Assembly: GCF_036321535.1 (NCBI RefSeq)
Contig: NC_087447.1
Span: 4,712,001-4,776,000 of the forward strand
Length of the DNA: 64,000 nt
Source: Camelus dromedarius
Lineage: Eukaryota
Direction: 5' to 3'
Shown: positions 62,331 to 64,000 of the stretch, piece by piece
Layout: each line of letters opens with the position of its first letter
Numbering within the stretch: the stretch's first letter is position 1
Notes under the pieces: model-generated
Database searches by the model: none
Told to the model about the DNA's origin: nothing
Seen by the model: only the letters and a program-made list of their open reading frames with translations
Position numbers and translations under genes: made by a program

Positions 62331-64000
62331 GTTCTACGAACGTCAATTAAGTCAAGCTGTTTGATAGTGTCCCTCAAGTGTTCTATATCCTTTGTGATTT
62401 TCCATTTACTTGTTCTACCAGTTGTTGAGAACGGGGGTCAAATCTCCAGCTACGGTTGTGGATTTGTGCATTCCTTCTTTTGGTTCTTTCACTTGTTGCT
62501 TCATGTATTTTGAAGGTCTAATATTAGAAGCATAAACATTTAGGATTGTCATGTCCCCTCAATGAATTGACCTAATTTTCATTATGAAATACTCTTCTTG
62601 ATATCCAGGAATATTCCTTATCTGAAGACCTACTTTGATATGGATGTAACCTCCCCACATTTCTTCCTGCTAATGTTAGCAGGGCATCTTTCCCATCTTT
62701 TCGCCTATAAAACTAGTTGCGTCTTTATATTTAAAGTTGATTTCTTGTAGATAGCATACAGTTCGGTCATTTTTAAAAATGCAGTTTAACTATCTCTGCC
62801 TTTTAATTGAGAGGTTTAGACAATTTAAACTTAATGTGATTATTGATATGGTAGGTTTAAATCTATCATCTTGCTGTTATGTTCGATGTGTCCCATCTGT
62901 TCTTTGTTTCCTTTTTACTTTGTTCTGCTTTCTTTTGTATTAATTGAGAATGTTTAGGATTCCATTTTATTTCCTCTGTTGGCTTTTTAGCTAAAACTCT
63001 TTGATTCTGTATTTTATTGGTTGCTTTGTAGTGCACATCTTTACCTTGCTATGGCCTACCTGCCAGTGCTATTTTACTAGTGCACACATAATATAAGAAA
63101 CTTACAACAATGTGTTTCCAAATTTTAAATATTTTTGTTCAAACAGTTAAGTACCTTATAATGAATTTTAAGTGATAAGAAAAATCTTATATATTGACCC
63201 ACCTAGTTACCATTTCCTTGCTCTTCATCCTTTTGTACAGCTAGCTCGTTTCTCTCTGACACCAACTGCCTTCTCCCTGGAGGACTTCCTTTGACTTGTA
63301 AGCCTCTGATCTTTTCTTCTGCGTGTCTAATCTGCTGTTATCCAGTACATGTCTATCCAGTACACGTCTCATCTTAGACATTGTAGTTTTAATATCTTGA
63401 AGTTCAATTTGGATATTTTAACAAATATTGTCTCTACTTAACATTCTTAACGTCCCCTTTAGTTTCCTTAGCATGTGGGATACAGTTATGGTAACTATTT
63501 TAATGTTTTTGTCTCCTGATACCTATGTTGCTTCTGCTTCAGTTTCAGCCGATTGAATTTTCACCGCATTCTGGCTCATAGTTCATTGCTTCTTTGTGTA
63601 CCTGGCAACTTCTTCTGGCTGCTATATACCGTTTTTGCTACTTTTTAAAATAATTTTACTTTGTTTGGTTCTATTTTTGCATTTACACACATATTCTTGA
63701 ACTCTGTTCTGGGACACAGTTACATTCCTTGGAAATCGCTTGATTCTTTCTAGTCTTGCTCTGTTAGGCAAGACCTAAGCCGTGTTAACCCAGGGCTCAT
63801 TTTCCCCACACTGAGGTGGGAACCTTCTGAGTACTTTCCCCGAAGATGCATAAGGTTTCCACGCTGGCTGGTGGGAGCAGGGAATGTACTCCTGGCCCTA
63901 TTTGAGCTATTGTGACTGTTCCCTCCAATCCTTTCGGGTGTTTCTTTCCCTGGTCGCAGCATTTTCTTCACACGTGTGCACTGATTGGTACTCAGCTTAA

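Larger units (their letters stand above)
55860..64000 (-). mobile_element. Mosaic of nested, mostly antisense, degraded L1 elements
   Basis: Continuous T-rich L1 ORF2, ORF1 and UTR-like sequence, with sense L1 inserts at about 56632-56812 (TSD aaaacttttt), 60600-60790 and 60840-61120. Confidence 0.85.

Overview
Mammalian genomic DNA, most likely camelid (seven copies of a tRNA-derived SINE matching my recollection of camelid Vic-1), orthologous to the human 11q13 LRP5-C11orf24 interval. Two genes lie head-to-head about 29 kb apart. LRP5 exon 1 is on the minus strand (CDS 8137-8035; intron 1 runs off the left edge). C11orf24 is complete on the plus strand: probable non-coding exons 1-2, coding exons 44372-44447 and 45170-46287, giving a 397-aa mucin-like type I membrane protein. 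The rest is intronic or intergenic and rich in L1, L2, MIR, LTR and hAT repeats; 55.9-64 kb is an L1 mosaic. There are no CRISPR arrays or prokaryotic features, and most ORF-track entries are spurious. I found no clearly new biological system. The best leads are: a putative uORF-loaded 5' leader exon of C11orf24; a perfect-Kozak 4-codon uORF and a pure (CCG)10(CTG)5 tract in LRP5 exon 1; a U6-mRNA-3'-end chimeric retrocopy with target-site duplication; convergent CTCF motifs bracketing C11orf24; and an exact 39-bp templated duplication inside an old L1. Gene and repeat names come from recognition from memory, not database searches, and repeat boundaries are approximate.
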